Below the pieces are notes generated by a model, which saw nothing but the letters and a program-made list of their open reading frames with translations, was not told the origin of the DNA and searched no databases. DNA of 64,000 nucleotides from Negaprion brevirostris. Lineage: Eukaryota. The stretch covers positions 7,186,361 to 7,250,360 of the forward strand of contig JARDVH010000149.1 of assembly GCA_030324005.1 (NCBI GenBank), given 5' to 3'. This document shows positions 62,768 to 64,000 of the stretch, in pieces. A program made the translations under genes and the position numbers. Each line of letters opens with the position of its first letter. Position 1 is the stretch's first letter.

Positions 62768-62985
62768 AAAACAAAACAAAATGCAGGAAATAGCAGATCG
62801 GCAGAATATGTGCAGAGAAGCAGCGTTAAGGTTTCAAGTTGATGATCTTTCATCGTAATTGACAAAGGGTTAATAGTCTGAAACATTATTTCTGTTTCTC
62901 GCTCCATAGATGCTGCCAGACTTGGTGTCCTTCCAGCACTTTCTGTCTGTTATTTCACATTTTCAGCATTTACAGTATTTTGCCA
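62768..62985. mobile_element. Palindromic Penelope-like terminal repeat derivative
   Basis: Left arm aatgcaggaaatagcagatcggcag..gtttcaagttgatga; right arm ctgaaacatt..tccatagatgctgccagac..ttccagcactttctg. Confidence 0.65.
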
Positions 62986-64000
62986 TTTTAATGATAAAAA
63001 TGAACCTGGGATGTAATAAAACTGGTGGGGGACTGTTTACTAGAGTCAGTGTGCAGAGTTTCGCCAGTCAGCCTGTAGAAGGAGCTATTGCGCAAGTGCA
63101 GACCGCTGATGCTACACGTGCAATTTCGGAAGCAGGGGCCTAACAGATCTGTCAGGCTCCTGCTGTTGGAGCTGGTCTGAACCACCACCACCCACTCCCC
63201 AGTTCCCTAAGCACAGACATCGAGCCCCTTTTCCCGATTGAATCCTGTTGCAGAGCGGCAGTGAGCTGCTGCTTCAGGCCCTGCCTCCCTGATGGGGCAT
63301 TGCCCAGTGCTAAAGGGGCACCCACTCTTGCCCTCAGCCTCCCTGAGGTTTCACCAGTGATGCCAACACGACTGTTCCCTGTTTATGGAGAGCAGGTGTT
63401 TTCCTTGCCGGAGAGAACCCCTCCTGGCGAGGCCATAAAGACAAGTGAGCCCAAATGATTGAGCGCCATGCTCACTAAACATGAAAACTAACATAATATA
63501 TTTAAATATATAGATTAATTGTTGTACATTTTCAGTGGAAGGGTGATCTCACCAGAAATCTGGCTGTTGTAACATTGTGAGAGCCGAGAAATCTGGTGTG
63601 ATCCTGATTCCTCGCGCGATTCTATCGACCTACTCTGCCCATCAATGGGTGCTGCCAGCGGTAAAATTACACCGTGTTTTTAACTGTAGTGTTCTTAATC
63701 CATGTAAATTTGTAAAATAACTATCAAATCATTAAATTTGACATCAGCACCAAGAGCGAGGGCAGTAGAGATGAGGAGTACGGCTAAATATTTACCAAAA
63801 AACCCTGCAAGGATATGTTTTTAGGGTTTGACAGAGTGGTGTAGGAGGAGGCTTATGTGGAGATTCAACACCAGCAAAAACTAATTGGTCAATTTCTGTG
63901 CTATGAATTCTATATAATTGAATAGAGTTGAATTTAACAATTGATATAAAACAACGCACTGATGGAAGTTAATTTGCAGAGGGAGACTTGGAAACAAATC

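Noticed and set aside
1-64000. Prokaryotic-type systems (CRISPR arrays, operons, defence islands)
   Set aside because: The sequence is vertebrate intronic DNA; no repeat-spacer array or gene-dense region

Overview
Vertebrate genomic DNA from a gapped draft assembly with many N runs. The repeat families point to a cartilaginous fish, probably a shark (inference). The only recognisable host gene segment is the first coding exon of NACC2 on the + strand: exon about 60891-61802, ATG at 60947, encoding the BTB/POZ domain and acidic linker; the BEN-domain exons lie beyond the window. The ~61 kb upstream shows no CpG-island promoter and no other gene, so it is most likely the long 5' intron of NACC2. 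It is full of decayed retroelements: tRNA-headed V-SINEs with two alternative 3' tails, Deu-domain SINEs, a fourth tRNA-headed SINE, CR1-, L2- and Rex1/Babar-type LINE fragments, and Penelope-like relics, including short hairpin elements with target-site duplications and degenerate hammerhead-like motifs. Most notable observations: (1) the NACC2 exon is a 912-nt phase-1/phase-1 exon that is stop-free end to end, so a back-spliced circle would be an endless ORF, or an upstream coding exon could add a Cys-rich N-terminus; (2) a V-SINE subfamily appears to have swapped its CR1-type tail for a Rex1-like one; (3) a TSD-flanked palindromic mini-element family; (4) an AP-1/ARE motif cluster upstream of the exon; (5) two local duplications. 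Repeat boundaries were read by eye and are approximate, and family names are recalled resemblances rather than database hits.
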